The translations under genes and the position numbers were made by a program. The notes below the pieces were generated by a model that saw nothing but the letters and a program-made list of their open reading frames with translations, had not been told where the DNA came from and did no database searches. DNA of 62,957 nucleotides, filler included, from Craspedostauros australis (Eukaryota): NCBI GenBank assembly GCA_030167865.1. It is 13 parts of 13 records of this genome, joined end to end, with 100 filler letters (N's around TTAATTAATTAA, not from the genome) between each part and the next. Parts side by side here need not be neighbours in the genome. Positions count along the whole stretch, not along the records: positions 20,772 to 28,073 come from JALAGF010006630.1; positions 28,174 to 30,297 come from JALAGF010006631.1; positions 30,398 to 38,682 come from JALAGF010006632.1; 10 more parts are not named here. One strand, 5' to 3'. Within the stretch, counting starts at the first letter, position 1. Every line of letters starts with the position of its first letter. This document shows positions 24,952 to 37,303 of the stretch, piece by piece.

Positions 24952-25917
24952 TTATACATATACATCAAACAAGGGTGATTCGAGCTCAAGCTTGTATTGG
25001 CAAATGACACAGATGGCTTCAAAGCACACCTTGATTTTGGCTTCGCCATGCCGAAATCGGCCGGAGACAGAATCGAATGACTTGACCATTCTGTTGAATG
25101 CCTCTTGTCTCATTCTGGCTCTAGTTTTAAAGATGGCGACGTCGAATGGGTCAAGAGCATTTGGAGTGCTCAACAGGAGTGGGTAGCCTGTGTAACCATT
25201 GTCGGCAATTCCCATTTTGTTTGATTCCTCCAATTTTGCTTTCAATCCACACTCAACGAAAATCTTTCTGTCTGACATCCCAGCCTTGAAGGGACCATTC
25301 ATCCAGATCAGCTGTGACTCTGAGATGGCCAGGCCCAACTCATAGTTGATTCCAGCCTTGTGGAACTTGTGGGAGTAGTATGCCTTGTCTTGTGGGTATC
25401 GATGGTGGCGTGGCTCTTGGATCCCACAATGGGTTCCATCCACTGAGATCACCCATTTGTCGCTGCCATAGTTGTGATCTGGCCATCGAATCTTGGTGGT
25501 CTTGAGGGCTTGAATGCAGTCCAAGTAGAACCAGATCTTCTGCCTTGCCGTCTTCCGCGAGAGGTGGAACAGTGGCTCTTGTTCCGCCTCTGTTGGATAT
25601 CGCTTGAGGAAATGGAAGGCCATGAGCATGGCATCCAAGGACAGCAGGTTGATTGGGATCCGATGGGCTTCATCTGTAGGTGACTGCAGATCCTCCCAAA
25701 CCTTGTTGCACACCTGTGGCGTGCATCCGTAGATGCCAACGAAATGTAGACGGTTGGGTTCGTTTGTTTGCACCCGACGAAGTTGGTGTTCAGAGAACCC
25801 AATGAGGTGCAAGCCACGAAGCATGACTTCGTCATCGCAATAGATAATGCCATCGAATGGCACATCTGCATTCAAGTCATTTGCAACAGACGTGTGATTG
25901 GCTGGCTTGTCTGTCAT
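24952..25917 (-). CDS. DDE superfamily endonuclease (DDE_Tnp_4; PIF/Harbinger/IS5-like transposase), about 321 aa, intact
   Basis: HTH-like FLKRYPTE..LFHLSRKTARQKIW, then ISVDGTHC, YYSHKF, NGPFKAG..D, IADNGYTG and RARMRQEAFN (D, D, E). Confidence 0.9.
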   Translation of the reverse strand: MTDKPANHTSVANDLNADVPFDGIIYCDDEVMLRGLHLIGFSEHQLRRVQTNEPNRLHFVGIYGCTPQVCNKVWEDLQSPTDEAHRIPINLLSLDAMLMAFHFLKRYPTEAEQEPLFHLSRKTARQKIWFYLDCIQALKTTKIRWPDHNYGSDKWVISVDGTHCGIQEPRHHRYPQDKAYYSHKFHKAGINYELGLAISESQLIWMNGPFKAGMSDRKIFVECGLKAKLEESNKMGIADNGYTGYPLLLSTPNALDPFDVAIFKTRARMRQEAFNRMVKSFDSVSGRFRHGEAKIKVCFEAICVICQYKLELESPLFDVYV

Positions 25918-25979
25918 TGCGGAAATGCTGGGCTGCAGCAGAGATTTTGCCAAAGTTGACAGCAATGGCCACAGTGAAG

Positions 25980-27718
25980 GGTATGGATGCAGATGCTGAT
26001 GGATGGATGCAGATCAATGGATGTGACTGCGAATGCAGATGGATGCGGATCGAAGGATGTGAATGCGGATGCGGATNNNNNNNNNNNNNNNNNNNNNNNN
26101 NNNNNNNNNNNNNNNNNNNNNNNNNNNNNNNNNNNNNNNNNNNNNNNNNNNNNNNNNNNNNNNNNNNNNNNNNNNNNNNNNNNNNNNNNNNNNNNNNNNN
26201 NNGATGCGAATGCAGATGGATGCTGGTCGATGGATGTGAATGCGGATACAGATGCAGAGGGGTGCTGATTGATGGATGTGAATGCAGATGGATGCTGATT
26301 GATGGATGCGGATGAATGCTGATCGATGGATGTGAATGCGGATACGGATGCGGATGGGTGCTGATCGATGGATGTGAATGCAGATGCGGATGGACGCTGA
26401 TTGATGGATGCGGATGAATGCTGATCAATGGATGTGAATGCAGATACGGATGCTGATCGATGGATGCGAATGCGGATGGATGCTGATCGATGGATGTGAA
26501 TGCTGATCGATGGATGTGAATGCGGATACAGATGCGGATGGATGCTGATCGATGGATGTGAATGCGGATACAGATGCGGATGGATGCTGATCGATGGATG
26601 CTGATCGATGGATGTGAATGCTGATTGATGGATGTGAATGCTGATTGATGGATGCTGATCGATGGCTACAGATCGATGGATGTGAATGCGGATGGATGCT
26701 GATCGATGGATGTGAATGCGAATGCGGATGGATGCTGATCAATGGATGTGAATGCAGATGCTGATCGATGGCTACAGATTGATGGATGCGAATGCAGATG
26801 GATGCTGATCAATGAATGCGGATGCGGAAGGATGCAGATCGATGGATGATGATTGATGGCTACAGATTGATGGCTACAGATCGATGGTGATCGATGGATG
26901 CGGGTCGATGGATGCAGATCGATGGATGCGGATGGATGGATGGATGCGGATTGTTGGATGCTGATCGATGGATGGATGCGGATTGTTGGATGCTGATCGA
27001 TGGATGTGAATGTGAATGGATGGATGCTGATCGTTGGATGCTGATCAATGGATGTGAATGCGAATGGATGGATGCTGATCGATGAATGTGGATGTGGATG
27101 TGGGCATGGGTGTGGGTGTGGGTGTGGATGCGGATGTGGATGAAAAGAAAGATGCATGTTCACTCGCTATTATCGTGCTTGTCTGTTACCACGCACACAG
27201 CTGCGTGGCGAAAGGCTCCCGCGGAACAAAACCCAAGCAACACANNNNNNNNNNNNNNNNNNNNNNNNNNNNNNNNNNNNNNNNNNNNNNNNNNGATGGA
27301 TGCTGATCGATGGCTACAGATCGATGGATGTGAATGCGGATGGATGCTGATCGATGGATGTGAATGCGAATGCGGATGGATGCTGATCAATGGATGTGAA
27401 TGCAGATGCTGATCGATGGCTACAGATTGATGGATGCGAATGCAGATGGATGCTGATCAATGAATGCGGATGCGGAAGGATGCAGATCGATGGATGATGA
27501 TTGATGGCTACAGATTGATGGCTACAGATCGATGGTGATCGATGGATGCGGGTCGATGGATGCAGATCGATGGATGCGGATGGATGGATGGATGCGGATT
27601 GTTGGATGCTGATCGATGGATGGATGCGGATTGTTGGATGCTGATCGATGGATGTGAATGTGAATGGATGGATGCTGATCGTTGGATGCTGATCAATGGA
27701 TGTGAATGCGAATGGATG
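25980..27718 (-). repeat. Right inverted repeat array (GATG/CTGATC)n. 27295-27718 is a second copy across a gap.
   Basis: Reverse complement of the left array. Followed both times by the same unique sequence CACTCGCTATTATCGTGC. Confidence 0.88.
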
Positions 27719-27971
27719 NNNNNNNNNNNNNNNNNNNNNNNNNNNNNNNNNNNNNNNNNNNNNNNNNNNNNNNNNNNNNNNNNNNNNNNNNNNNNNNNNN
27801 NNNNNNNNNNNNNNNNNNNNNNNNNNNNNNNNNNNNNNNNNNNNNNNNNNNNNNNNCACTCGCTATTATCGTGCTTGTCTGTTACCACGCACACAGCTGC
27901 GTGGCGAAAGGCTCCCGCGGAACAAAACCCAAGCAACACAACAGGACAAAACGCCACTGCTGGATCACCTC

Positions 27972-28073
27972 CAAAATGTCCCCCCTGTGTCACCTCTAAA
28001 ATGTCCCCCCTCTGTCCCCCCTGTGTCCCCCCTCTGTCCCCCCTCTGTACCCCCTGTGTACCCCCTGTGTACC
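27972..28073. repeat. 11-bp C-rich minisatellite CCCCCT(G/C)TGT(C/A)
   Basis: About 8 tandem copies running into the scaffold end. Confidence 0.85.
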
Positions 28074-28173
28074 NNNNNNNNNNNNNNNNNNNNNNNNNNN
28101 NNNNNNNNNNNNNNNNNTTAATTAATTAANNNNNNNNNNNNNNNNNNNNNNNNNNNNNNNNNNNNNNNNNNNN

Positions 28174-30297
28174 CCACATCCGCAAGATCCTCAACCTTGG
28201 CAAGTGGTATCTCACCCAAGCCATCCTCGACGACAACACCTGGAACAATCTCGATCGAACCTCATTCATGGCGTTCACAGCTGAGCAGAACAACCCTTCC
28301 CTTCCGTCTTCGCACTCGAATTCGACTGCAAGCTCTCCCATTCCGTCTCCGATGGGCATGGGCCACCACACCACTCCAGCATCCGCATTCCGTCCGGTGC
28401 CTGAAGAACCTCCGCATGTGAACTTCGCATTCGATCCTTNNNNNNNNNNNNNNNNNNNNNNNNNNNNNNNNNNNNNNNNNNNNNNNNNNNNNNNACCCTC
28501 TTCCAACTTCCAAGGTGTCCAAGCCATGGAGCTACCGGCTGACTACGTCAAGGAGTTCAGCAAGGCAACCAAGCGAGAGAGTCTGTTGCTCCCAACACTG
28601 AAGGACGACAAGCACTTCCTCACCTTCATGCGGACCTTCGAGACTCTTTCCTTCTCTCATGGACTCAACCANNNNNNNNNNNNNNNNNNNNNNNNNNNNN
28701 NNNNNNNNNNNNNNNNNNNNNGCACTTCCTCACCTTCATGCGGACCTTCGAGACTCTTTCCTTCTCTCATGGACTCAACCACCATCTCGATATGGACTTC
28801 ATGCCGGCACCCAAGGACGAGGCCTTCTTCGCGAGCCAGAATTGCTATCTCTTCGCCGTGCTCACTGAGCATGTCAAAACTACCAAGAGTTGGCGCATCA
28901 TCCGTGCCTACAAGAAGTCTTGCGATGGCCGTGCGGCCTACGCCGATCTCGTCAATAGCTACACCAGTGGCGTCGTCGGCGAGACTCTGTCCATCAAATA
29001 CAGAGATGCCATCGTCGCCTTCCGTCTGGACCAGACTTGGACCAAGACCCGCGAGCAATTCCTCGATGCTTGGGAAACCAAGCTCGACGACATCGAGGAN
29101 NNNNNNNNNNNNNNNNNNNNNNNNNNNNNNNNNNNNNNNNNNNNNNNNNNNNNNNNNNNNNNNNNNNNNNNNNNNNNNNNNNNNNNNNNNNNNNNNNNNN
29201 NNNNNNNNNNNNAACGTCACAAGCAATCTCGCGGCTTCATCAAGGTTGGTGTCTCCTTCGAAGACCTCCTCGAGTTCGTTCGAGATGAGGCACAATCCCT
29301 TGATGCCAACCAGCCTCTCACCACATCTCGGCGCAAGGTCAACAACGCCAAGACCAGCAGCTCTGCTGGCAAGGGCAATGGCAAGGACTATGCCAAGGAC
29401 GACCGCCGTTCCATTCCCAACGACGAATGGCGTGAGATGTCCAAGGATCAGCGTAAGGCTTTCCTTGAGGCNNNNNNNAAGTGGCGCAAGAACAAGGGCA
29501 AGGGCAAGGCTGACTCCCACCGAGCTGCCAACAACGCTGCCACATCTTCGGGCACCACCGACACTCCTTCCCCAACTCCATCCGCTGGTAACACGGACTC
29601 TTCCAAGGCTGGTGACCAGTCCACTGCCATCGATCGCCTTCTTGCACAGACCAAGTCCACCTCTTCGTCTGACGATACTCCTCAACTGGTCTACAAGGGC
29701 CAGACCTGGCGCCTTGCCAACTCCACGGTGGTCCGGTACAGCTTCAACAAGCTCGTCAAGGACCACTCTGGCTCTCTCGTCGACAGCGGTGCCAATGGTG
29801 GCCTGGCTGGCAATGACGTCCTCGTTCTCTGCAAGACAGGACACACCGCCGACGTCAGTGGCATTGGTGATTCTGTCATTGCCAACCTCGACATCGGTAC
29901 GGTTGCCGGTCTCATCCAGACCACCGAAGGGCCCATCATTGGTAAATTTCACCAATACGCGCTCTACGGAAAGGACAAGACCATCCATTCATCCAACCAG
30001 CTTGGTGCCTTCGGAATGGATGTCAACGAACGCCCACGGAATCTCCCTGGAGGTCGCCAGACCATCATCACACCAGGAGGCCACATCATCCCACTGGCTG
30101 TCCGGCAAGGCCTATCCTACATGGACATGGCCAAGCCCACCCGCTCCGAACTCGACAAGTATCCACATGTCGACTTCACCGCGGACGACGAATGGGACCC
30201 TTCTTCCCTCGATCAGGAGATGAACCTCGACGACGTCGACGATGATGACGCCGCAGCACTCCAGCGCCGCGAGAACAACTCTACCGTTCTCACGGCC
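28174..30297 (+). mobile_element. Diatom-type Ty1/copia (CoDi-like) gag-protease fragment
   Basis: Gag-like LPTLKDDKHF..QNCYLFAVL..DGRAAYADL, aspartic protease LVDSGANGGLAG, and HQYA..TIHSSNQL..GGRQTIITPGGHIIPL..WDPSSLD. Confidence 0.9.
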
Positions 30298-31457
30298 NNN
30301 NNNNNNNNNNNNNNNNNNNNNNNNNNNNNNNNNNNNNNNNNTTAATTAATTAANNNNNNNNNNNNNNNNNNNNNNNNNNNNNNNNNNNNNNNNNNNNCAG
30401 GAGTGTAGACCGATATCTCAGGAGACAAGCATGGTGAAATGCACTTGTCATGAGCAATGAAATGGGCATGACAGAGAGAGAGATTGCAATGATGATTATG
30501 AGGGGCAACTACAGGAGGCCACCAACAGCATCATGGGCAAACGAGTTGACGATTTGAGAAATGAGTGTGTTGTTCTCACAGTTCTAAAACGGTACAGTTT
30601 AATAAGCATTAGACTCTATCTATAACCCCGGATTTCCAACACTTTGCTTCAAGAGTTATACACCCTTATCTACCACGCACAACGCCGTGTTATTTTTCCT
30701 CCTCAAATTTCGGAAATGGGTCTTGGTTGTTCGTGACTTAATATTTCGATGGTGTCTTTTCGGTTAATTACGGTTATATTTTGGCGATATGCACCTCGTC
30801 AGCGTTTCTTCCCATCGCAACGTCACTATCTTGATGTTTTCATGATGGGCATTTCATTGCGCTATTCTCTGATTCCCGCACTTGGTTGTCTTGATTCTCC
30901 TGCAGCTTCTTGTGCATGCGAATTGACTTGTTCGTCACATGCTACGTGGTCCTCGTCGTCATCCCGTTTGTCAACAACCCTCCATTGGTATCATCCATGC
31001 CATCGACAAAAAAATAATCAGGGCGATCTATCCAATTCAACTATCATCTGCGTTTTTCAACTTGTTCATGAAGATCTACATCAACCATTCCATTTTTGAC
31101 GACGGCTACCCCAGACTGCACACAAAGGTACTACTCCTATTTCATGATGGACATGGCGTTATCCGCCATGCATTCGATGGCCACAATGATGCTGACAGCG
31201 ACGGTGGTGTTGATTGGGGCAGCATTGACATTGACAGCCGTGATGACGCCCAGGATAGCGTTGTCAGTGGCTATGGTCGCCACCACGGCAATGAAGGTGG
31301 TGGTGCTAGCCACAGCAATGCTGTTGTCAAGGACGATGGTGGTGATGGCAACAAAGATGGTGATGGGGGAAGCAACCTGAATGATCCCATCATGGAAGGT
31401 AACGGTGATGGCAATGAAGGTGGTGTTGGTAAGAGAAACGATGGTGACGATGGCAGG

Positions 31458-31619
31458 TGACAGCTTTCTCCATACTTTTTACCTCTTTTCTAATCATATG
31501 AGTCAAAGTACTGGTTGGAAATTGTCCTCAGAAAACTCACAATAAAAGAACAAGAGCTCTGACCAGGGCATGCAACAACGGGCCAATACGCCTCCAGTAG
31601 TTACTTGTGCACTTTGACA
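31458..31619 (+). repeat. 5' LTR
   Basis: TGACAGCTTTCTC...ACTTTGACA, contains AATAAAA. Direct repeat of 37142-37303. Confidence 0.95.
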
Positions 31620-31746
31620 GAATAAGAGTTGTGGTTTACCAACAAGCTTATCACCTTTACAACATCAGCCACCATAGCGAGACCGATCAACAACCGAGCT
31701 TTGACAGCCATAACCAAGGAACTTGCTGACCTCGATGACGAAGAAA

Positions 31747-34700
31747 TGGAGGTCATCAACAAGCAACTCAGAAGGATCGAACGTGCCATCAAGAGTCTAG
31801 ACAAAAATCATCATCCAAGCGCTGGCTCTCTCACCAACACTCACCTCGATCAACATTGAGAACATCCTTCGCATCTTCGCTTTCACGAAAGAACGGCAAA
31901 TCGACCAAGCAACCAATTGGGCGGCCATCAACGAGTTCACTACAACAACCGGATATGAGGTACCAACCATCGAGACTCCTGTCGCCAGCAAGGCAACCCA
32001 AATGCAATTGAAACTCGCGATGAAGGAAGCCGCCAATCGAGAACTCGCTGAGGCAACGAGCTGCAAGGTTGTGGTACACTCACCAAGACGCCCACTGGAA
32101 GTACACCGATCGCCATCAACATCAACTGGATGGAAGTATGACAAAGTCACCCTGCTAGAGGTGGAGCCATTCAGCGGACTCGACATCGAATGGTACCAGT
32201 GGAAGATTGACTTCATCCGCCAGCCGGTCACGACCAGATATGCAGACTACATGCAAGAGACACGCCAGGCCCACTACCACAAGGACGTCGACACCCAGTT
32301 CTACACAGTGCTCAACTCAAAAACGTGCAAAGGACACGCTGACTACATGCTCCTTGCGGAAAGAGACAGCGGTCATGCAGCCTTCCAGGCCCTCATCCGT
32401 ACATACAAATCCACTGAGAACAGGGCTGACATTGTGGCAACAGAGGAAGACAAACTGTCCAAACTCGTCTACGACGGATCTGGACCGTTCAGCGCGTTCG
32501 TCAATGATTTCTCCATGTCTGTTCAGGCAATAGAAAACAACGGAAAGGCAATGAGCGACAAGCAGAAGATTGCACGATTCTTTCGCAACATTCGCGATGA
32601 GCGATTCACTAGTACGGTCTCTCGCCTCCAAGAGACAGACGAGTCCTTCAATTGGGTCCGCGAGACTCTCATGAAGCACAACAAGGTCCTCTCCAACGCG
32701 GAGATCGACAGATCTCCATGGCGCAATCGACGCGCACACCAAAAGGACAGGCGAACGGACCGCAAGTGACCGTTTGAATCTACATCCGGGGATCGCAAGA
32801 AACCACCGATGTACCGACTACCGGACATTGTATTCAGAAGCCTTCCCACCCCAGCACAAGTGCTCGTGGTGGAATCCTCGCGACACTTCCGCAAGACAGG
32901 AGAGCTCATCAGCAAGGAGACGTTCAAGTGCAACAAACCCGCTGAGTGCGCGAAGACCCAGGAGCAGCACGCTCAGCGCAAACCCAACAAGCGCACCAGA
33001 TTTGGCAACAAGACCAATCGAACCAAGAAGTATGGACCATGTGACAAAGGCTCCTGACAACCAATGATGGGCACTTCGTGCCAGCAGTCGGAGGTCACCT
33101 TATGCATCAAGGGACAAGACAGTGTGGACTTGACGCAAAAGGCCGCGGAGAGCGGGCCAGGGCATACGACCCCGGATACGCTACGAGAGTCGCGTCCAAG
33201 AAGCGCCGACCCGCATACAGAGGACACGATTCGACGGGCAAGAGTAACGAATAGTAGCCATGGCTATATCATTCTAGATTCAGGCGCGAACGGCGACATT
33301 GTTCATGAGTCTGGATGGGTGGTAGCCCAAAATCACCAGCAGCAGTTCCACCCCAAGTGGCAACAGTGGACTCGCAAATCGAGACGTTTCCGATGGTTGA
33401 CGCAGTGGCAGCGTACAAGCCGCCAGAAAGCGGAGTGATCCTCATCAAGGCATATTACATGGCTCTTGACAAGCATCCACAGCAGATGCAGTTGCTGTTC
33501 AATACACACCACATGCGCACGTCTGACATCAGCATCTACGATCGGCTTCGACAATACAACAGGCAGCAACGGATATCATCTGGCGACATCAGCATCCCGC
33601 TGGCCAATCATGACAGCAATACCCTGCGCATCCCAATTCGCAAACCGACAGCTCGCAAGCTAACTCAAACTAAGCATATTACTATATGCAACAGACACAG
33701 ACGCATTTGGCGATCCCACACCAGTGTTGACTTCAACAAGGTCTTCCGGCATCTCCCACAACAGGTGGTCGAAAAAACGAAAGCAGCATCGACGCAGTTG
33801 GCTGATACTCCCATCGAGGCGGAGTCAAGACTCATCCCGAGGCAGTACCATGCGCAGCGAGCGGGCGCGCTACGGCCACACCAAATCAAGGGAAGAGTGG
33901 AAACCGATCCATTCTTCTCCACGGTCCCATCCATTTAACACTACAAGTGCTTCCAGCCCTTTGCACACAGCGAGTCCAAATCCATCTGGACCAAGCCACT
34001 CCGACGAGAGGCGATGGCGCCAGTGGTGCTCACCGATTTCATCGTGCAGGTCAGGGCACCTGACCTACTCATCTTGGACTACTCACAGGTCCAAGCCGTC
34101 AAGGAATGGAAGGCTGTGACGATGCGGTACATGATCAAGCACTCCTTCACTCCTTCACTGCTTCCATGAATCAGAATCAAAACCGAGCGGAGCAGGCAAT
34201 CGGCGACATCAAGCGACACGCATACAAATTGCTTTGGGCGGCGTCCGTACCGCTCACCTTCTGGTGCTACACGGTACAACACGCCATCAATGTATCGAAC
34301 TACATGGCGAAGGAGAGCATCCAATGGAAGAATCCCATTGAACTGCTCCACAGGAACGCTCTGGACATCTCCATGTTCAGGTTCACGTTCTTTCAACAGG
34401 TCTGGTATTTCGAGCCGATGACAAAGTTTCCACATCACCCATTCAAACCAGGTTACTTCCTGGGAATCGCATGGGACCATGGAGACCCTTTCATGTACAA
34501 CATATGGTTGCCATGGGGCGACGACGTAACCAAAGGCACCGCCCTGGTACAGAACATTGTGGAACCACGAATTGCAGAAGACGCAAGTGCTCCGCAAATC
34601 ACTGACAAGGAAGTTCAGTGCATCGCACGCCTCGATCTCATACACCCTATTACCAGAGACAACTTGGGGCAACGAGGGCGAACCAAGACGATGCTGGTGC

Positions 34701-37130
34701 AACTCGCTTGACAGGTCCGTGAGGCCATTGACGCGATTCCCGTGCGGTCGGGGGCGGCTGCTCGCATTCCTGAGGAGGGACCACTGGAGGTCAGGGGCGT
34801 CATGGTCAACGAAAATGCTATTCCGCATGACGACTGATGGTTCGGTCAGCAGAATGTCATCATTGACGACAACAACAACCACAACAGCGGGCCTACGAGC
34901 ATGATATCCAATGGCAAAGGGGAAGACAAGCTCTCAACTGCAGACATCTTGAGAGAATCCGATGACTATGAAGCAGCGAGGATTCCAGATCCTCCCCAGC
35001 AGCGGATTCCGGGGCGTATCGACACTCTGGCTGAGCGCGAGCATGATTGGATGTTCCAAAATCAGATCGCAAAAGACGATACGAGCGAACCAGAAATTGC
35101 ATCCATAGCAGGCCACTCATTCCAAGACGGACATCTCCATCTCAATGTGAAATGGGACAACGATGAAACTCAATGGTTCCGATACAACATCCTGAGGGCA
35201 GACCATCCCGAGCTCGTGGCGTGATACATCATTGCCAACGAGCCAAAACCGCATGTCAGGCACAAACGACAGTCAATGACAATACTGAAATGGGCAAAGC
35301 ACGCTGTTCGCTCGATACGCAGACGCATGCGACGAATCGAGCGCATGCACATCTTCACAGTCGACAACAACGACAGTATCGCCATCCTGAGGCGCATACG
35401 ACCAAGAAAGAAGAAGCCGAACAGGGACTTCTTCGCTACAGTATTCCAATACGGTGTAGAAGTGCCACGCAACATGCGACACGCACTCCAACTTGACGAA
35501 GCCAATGGCAACACATTGTGGAAGAACGCAGCAAAGAAAGAGATCGACGCTCTGATTGACCTCGATTGCTTTGAATTCCATCCATCCACTCACCAACCTT
35601 CATCGTACTACCAGAGCACCAAGCTCTGGCTCATGTTTGCTGTGAAACAGGATCTGCGGCGCAAGGGGCGGCTGGTAGCCGGCGGTCACCTCATCAAACT
35701 TGCTGACAATATCAGAGTATACTTGTCCACAATCAAATTAACCAGTGTACAGATACTCGATGTCATCGCGGATGCAAACAAGCTGAAGCAACTCTGCGGC
35801 AATGTGGGGAATGCAGTTGTCACTGCCTACACCAACAAGAAGATGTACGCAAGGGCAGGAAAAGAGTTCGATTACAGAGAGGGTCAGACAATCGTACTCA
35901 GGAAGGTGTTGTAAAGACTCTGATCGAGCGTGCATAGATTCCATGCTCACTTCGCAAATACACTCTCATCCATGGGGTTCTCTCTATCACAGCATGACCA
36001 GGACGTATGGATCAAGTGGAGGGGCGACACTGGGTATGACTACATATGCATGCATGTCGATGACTTCAAGATCATGGCAAAAGAACCAGACCAATACATG
36101 AAGACCGTCCAGCAAATCTACACCATCAAAGACATTGGACCACCCAAATACTATCTGGGCAACGACGATTCCAGGAATGCGAAGGACAAATGGAGCGTTG
36201 GATGTGACAAATACATCGCGAACGCGATGGAGAACGTTGAACGGCAGCTTGGAACACTCCATGACCAGCATGTTCCCATGTGGAACAAGGACCATCCGGA
36301 AATGGATGACTCCGAACTACTCACCCCAAACAAACACCAACAGTTCCAGCAGCTCATCAGCATGCTGAACTGGGTCATTCAACTTGGATGGTTCGACGTC
36401 GCCTTTGCGGCTTCTTCACTCTCTCAATCCACTGCATCACCACGGAAAGGACATCTAGCGAGAGCACTCAAGGTATGGGGCTATCTCAAGAGCAAGTCCA
36501 CACTCAGAACACAAATCGACTCCAGACCCATGATATTCGACAACTTCAACTCGATACCGTCCAACCTAGAATTGGTGGCGCAAATGAAGGAAGAATACCC
36601 TGAGGCACAGGAGGACGTCGATGACTGATCACCGAAGCCAATCTATCCGGAGCTGCCGATGTATGCATTCGTCCATGCTGACCATGCGCACGATTTTGTC
36701 ACATGCCAATCAAACACTGGGATCATCCTTTTCCTTGGCAGGATGCCTGTGTACTTCTCGAGCACGCGGCAGACATCAGTCACAACGTTTACATATGGAG
36801 CAGAATTCAACACGATGCGATCAGTGACGGAAGAAATCATTGCACTCCGATACGCACTCCGATTGCTGGGAGTCCACGTCCAATCACTGACGGTCACATT
36901 CTGCGACAACAATGTGGTGATCTCGAAAACGACGATTGCAGACAGCCTATTGCAAAAGAAGCATGTGGCAATATCATTTCACTGAGTCCGTGAGGCTGTG
37001 GGAGCTGGGACACTGGTTCCAGTCCACGTCCAATCAGCTCAGAACTTTGCTGACATGCTCACCAAGGCATTGGTGAGGCCAACACTAACACTTCTTGCCA
37101 TAACCCTGTTCTACAGTGATCCACCTTGAG
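31747..37130 (+). pseudogene. gag-pol with many stops and frameshifts
   Basis: Gag FSGLDIEWYQWK, PR IILDSGANG, INT QNQNRAEQAIGDIK, RT FAVKQDLRRKGRLVAGGH and MHVDDF, RNase H ADHAHD..TYGAEF..CDN..ADMLTKAL. Confidence 0.92.
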
Positions 37131-37141
37131 ATCAAGGGGCG

Positions 37142-37303
37142 TGACAGCTTTCTCTGTACCTTTTCATCTCTTCTAGTCATATATGTCAAAATACTGGTCG
37201 GGGGATTGTCTTCGGACAACTCACAATAAAAGAACAAGAGCTCCGACCAGGGCATGCAACAATGGGCCAACACGTCTTCAGTAGTTACTTGTGTACTTTG
37301 ACA
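37142..37303 (+). repeat. 3' LTR
   Basis: Same length as the 5' LTR, roughly 85% identical by eye, mostly transitions. Confidence 0.95.

Larger units (their letters stand above)
20772..27160 (-). mobile_element. PIF/Harbinger (IS5-like) DNA transposon with long microsatellite-built inverted repeats and 2-3 accessory ORFs
   Basis: DDE_Tnp_4-like transposase plus convergent ORFs between two arrays that are inverted copies (20794-20982 gives the same translation as the reverse complement of 26860-27048). The left end is cut by the scaffold edge. Confidence 0.8.
31458..37303 (+). mobile_element. Full-length degenerate Ty1/copia (CoDi-like) LTR retrotransposon, 5846 bp
   Basis: Two 162-bp TG..CA LTRs, 5-bp TSD GCAGG (31453-31457 and 37304-37308), PPT AAGGGGCG before the 3' LTR, and gag-PR-INT-RT-RH order. 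Confidence 0.96.

Noticed and set aside
27158..27170. GTTCACTCGCTA resembling the Sola-like terminus
   Set aside because: Short match lacking the GAATATG box and terminal GGG, so chance cannot be excluded.
27295..27930. Second right-hand array as a real tandem duplication
   Set aside because: Gap-bounded and nearly identical to 26650-27244, so probably an assembly duplicate.
28657..29988. Long antisense ORFs (also 5986-6684, 11885-12694, 59848-60807)
   Set aside because: Shadows of the real coding strand or of in-frame repeats, with no independent motifs.
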